From an uncultured Clostridium sp. (GTDB lineage Bacteria > Bacillota > Clostridia > TANB77 > CAG-508): a stretch of 64,000 nucleotides of DNA. Position numbers and translations under genes: made by a program. The stretch lies in contig URWN01000003.1 in assembly GCA_900551615.1 (NCBI GenBank), positions 2,812 through 66,811 of the forward strand, written 5' to 3'. Numbering within the stretch: position 1 is the stretch's first letter; each line of letters starts with the position of its first letter. The notes beneath the pieces are model-generated. The model saw only the letters and a list, made by a program, of their open reading frames with translations, did not search any database and was not told the origin of the DNA. Of the stretch, positions 61,946-64,000 are shown one piece after another.

Positions 61946-64000
61946 ATGGCAAAAAGAAAAACTAAAAGAAAGTCAAATACTAGAGCAAAAAAAAGAGCAT
62001 CAAATACAGATTTAGCGGTAGTTGGATTAATAATATTAAGTGTATTATTATGTGTATTAATATATGGAAAATCAGGTATTATTGGAATAAAATTAAATGA
62101 AATATTGGGTGGAATGATGGGAATTATAAAATACATTTTACCAGTAGGAACCTTTTTAATAGGAATAAAAATAGCTTTAAATGATGATGAATATCTTACT
62201 TCAAAATTGACACAATATGCAGTTTTATTAATAAGTATAGCGGTATTAATGACTGCATGGCAAATAAATTCTGGAGAAATGACAATATTGGATAAAAATA
62301 TGCAAACAATAGTAAAAGATGCATATAGCTTAGGAATGCAAGATAAAGGTGGAGGAGCACTTGGAGCAATACTTGCAACACCGCTTGCAAATTTGTTAAG
62401 TCCAGTTGGAGCAATAATATTGTGTGTAGGTATTGTAATTATGCTTGCAGTATTCACATTTGGAATAAATATATCTGAAATGATAAATAACTTTGTTGAA
62501 AAAACAGAAGAGAGTAGAGAAGAAAAATATGAAAGAAGACAACAATTAAGAGAAGAACAAGAAAAAGCTAGACAAGAAGCAAAACAACAAGCTTTAGAAA
62601 ATAAGAAAAAATCTAAATCAATACAAAAAGAACAGGCAATGAGAGAAGCATTAGAAGAAGAGGATGTTGGAGAACAAATAAAAATCAATTTTGGTGGTAG
62701 AATATTAGAAGAAGAAGACAAAAAAGGAAGAAAAAAATATGACCATAAAGATGATGATTTAACACCATTAACAAAAGAATCTAAAAAAACACAATCAATT
62801 CAGCCAGATGTTATAGAAAACAATTTATTTAGACAAGAAGAAGAGAAAAAAGAAGATAAAACAAAAGAAGTATTACAACTTGAACATGCGATGGTTGTTG
62901 AAGATGAAAATTATGAGTATCCACCAATTGAATTACTAAGCAAACCAGATAAGAAAAAATTAAAAGGTGGAGCAAAAGCCTTAACAGATACAGCAACAAA
63001 ATTGCAAAAAACATTATATAGTTTTGGTGTATCAGCCAAAGTTGAAAATGTTTCTGTTGGACCTGCAATAACAAGATATGAGCTAAAACCAGCAGAAGGT
63101 GTAAGAGTAAGTAAAATAGCAAATCTAGCAGATGATATCGCCTTAAATTTAGCTGCTGAAACAATAAGAATTGAAGCACCAATTCCAGGAAAACAAGCAG
63201 TTGGAATAGAAGTTCCAAATAAAGAAAAAGAAGCAGTTCACTTAAGAGAAGTATTAGAAAGTGAAGAATTCCAAAATAATAAATCAAAATTAACAGTAGC
63301 ACTTGGAAAAGATGTTGCAGGAAATATACAATTAGCAGACATAGCAAAAATGCCACACGTTTTAATTGCAGGTTCTACAGGTTCAGGAAAAAGTGTATGT
63401 ATAAACACAATAATTTCAAGTATTATATATAATGCTAAACCAAGTGAAGTAAAAATGGTAATGGTAGACCCTAAAGTAGTTGAATTATCAGTATATAATG
63501 GAATACCACATTTATTAATACCAGTTGTAACAGACCCTAAAAAAGCAGCAGGAGCATTAGCATGGGCTGTTCAAGAAATGGATAATAGATATAATTTATT
63601 TGCAGCAAAAGGAGTAAGAGACATCAAGGGATATAATAAAGCAATAGAAAAAGAAGAAGGACAAGGTAAATTACCACAAATAGTAATAATAGTAGACGAG
63701 TTAGCAGACTTAATGATGGTTGCTGCAAAAGATGTTGAAGAGGCAATATGTAGATTAGCACAAAAAGCAAGAGCTGCTGGAATGCACTTAGTAATTGCAA
63801 CACAAAGACCATCAGTTGATGTAATTACAGGATTAATAAAAGCAAATGTACCATCAAGAATAGCATTTGCGGTATCATCACAAGTAGACTCAAGAACTAT
63901 ATTAGACTCAGTTGGAGCTGAAAAATTACTAGGAAAAGGTGATATGCTATTTTTCCCAACAGGATATCCAAAACCAGTTAGAGTTCAAGGTGCATTTGTA
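61946..64000 (+). CDS. ftsK: DNA translocase FtsK/SpoIIIE (3' end beyond window)
   Basis: ATG after GGAGG. Frame stays open to the window edge, so it is absent from the ORF track. N-terminal TM helices, a Lys/Glu-rich linker, and the motor domain with Walker [10 protein letters not shown] and [13 protein letters not shown]. Confidence 0.93.
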   Translation, partial: MAKRKTKRKSNTRAKKRASNTDLAVVGLIILSVLLCVLIYGKSGIIGIKLNEILGGMMGIIKYILPVGTFLIGIKIALNDDEYLTSKLTQYAVLLISIAVLMTAWQINSGEMTILDKNMQTIVKDAYSLGMQDKGGGALGAILATPLANLLSPVGAIILCVGIVIMLAVFTFGINISEMINNFVEKTEESREEKYERRQQLREEQEKARQEAKQQALENKKKSKSIQKEQAMREALEEEDVGEQIKINFGGRILEEEDKKGRKKYDHKDDDLTPLTKESKKTQSIQPDVIENNLFRQEEEKKEDKTKEVLQLEHAMVVEDENYEYPPIELLSKPDKKKLKGGAKALTDTATKLQKTLYSFGVSAKVENVSVGPAITRYELKPAEGVRVSKIANLADDIALNLAAETIRIEAPIPGKQAVGIEVPNKEKEAVHLREVLESEEFQNNKSKLTVALGKDVAGNIQLADIAKMPHVLIAGSTGSGKSVCINTIISSIIYNAKPSEVKMVMVDPKVVELSVYNGIPHLLIPVVTDPKKAAGALAWAVQEMDNRYNLFAAKGVRDIKGYNKAIEKEEGQGKLPQIVIIVDELADLMMVAAKDVEEAICRLAQKARAAGMHLVIATQRPSVDVITGLIKANVPSRIAFAVSSQVDSRTILDSVGAEKLLGKGDMLFFPTGYPKPVRVQGAFV

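Noticed and set aside
61846-62721. A 291-aa ORF on the - strand. The same applies to 62829..63356 and 63624..63812.
   Set aside because: It is antisense to the clearly coding ftsK frame (Walker A and motor motifs). The product is low-complexity and S/F/I/L-rich, which is typical of antisense frames in AT-rich genes.

Overview
Strongly AT-rich, gene-dense chromosomal segment with almost all genes on the + strand. It looks like a low-GC Gram-positive, Clostridia-like bacterium, judging by dpaA, sepF/divIVA, HrcA/CIRCE heat-shock control and a sortase-type surface protein. All family assignments are by-eye motif recognition; no database search was run. Housekeeping content: gltX (5' truncated), engB, serS, hrcA-grpE-dnaK-(unknown orf)-dnaJ, ruvB, queH, polA, dpaA, uppP, dxs, ylmH-like, rimI-tsaB-tsaE, mreB, mtaB, radA (frame broken)-disA, a cyclophilin, pyrG, groES-groEL, tRNA-Gly(UCC), secD/secF-like, mutL, miaA, sepF, divIVA, rsmD and ftsK (3' truncated). 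Accessory content: a roughly 14-kb envelope-glycan cluster (10.2-24.2 kb) with an Alg14/Alg13-like pair, two GT-C glycosyltransferases (one frameshifted), three GtrII-like paralogs, an acyltransferase-3 and a flavoprotein, interrupted by ruvB, queH, a gene remnant and a class III-like Fic. The main finding is a family of 29-31 nt palindromic intergenic repeats with a conserved CGTCCC/GGGACG core, in at least 14 copies, three subfamilies and both orientations. An IS200-like HUH/Y1 gene of the REP-associated tyrosine transposase (RAYT) type at 41634..42467 is bracketed by two perfect, inverted copies, which is a REPtron-like arrangement. The repeats sit at gene junctions inside conserved operons and supply the 3' ends of three ORFs (dxs, queH, the RAYT-like gene itself). 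Other observations: tandem CIRCE operators at both heat-shock promoters, 11-bp-phased TGTAAC/TGTGAA arrays near promoters, two long-range inverted-repeat elements, and a 60/61-bp tandem duplication upstream of secD. No rRNA, CRISPR array, cas genes or prophage were seen.
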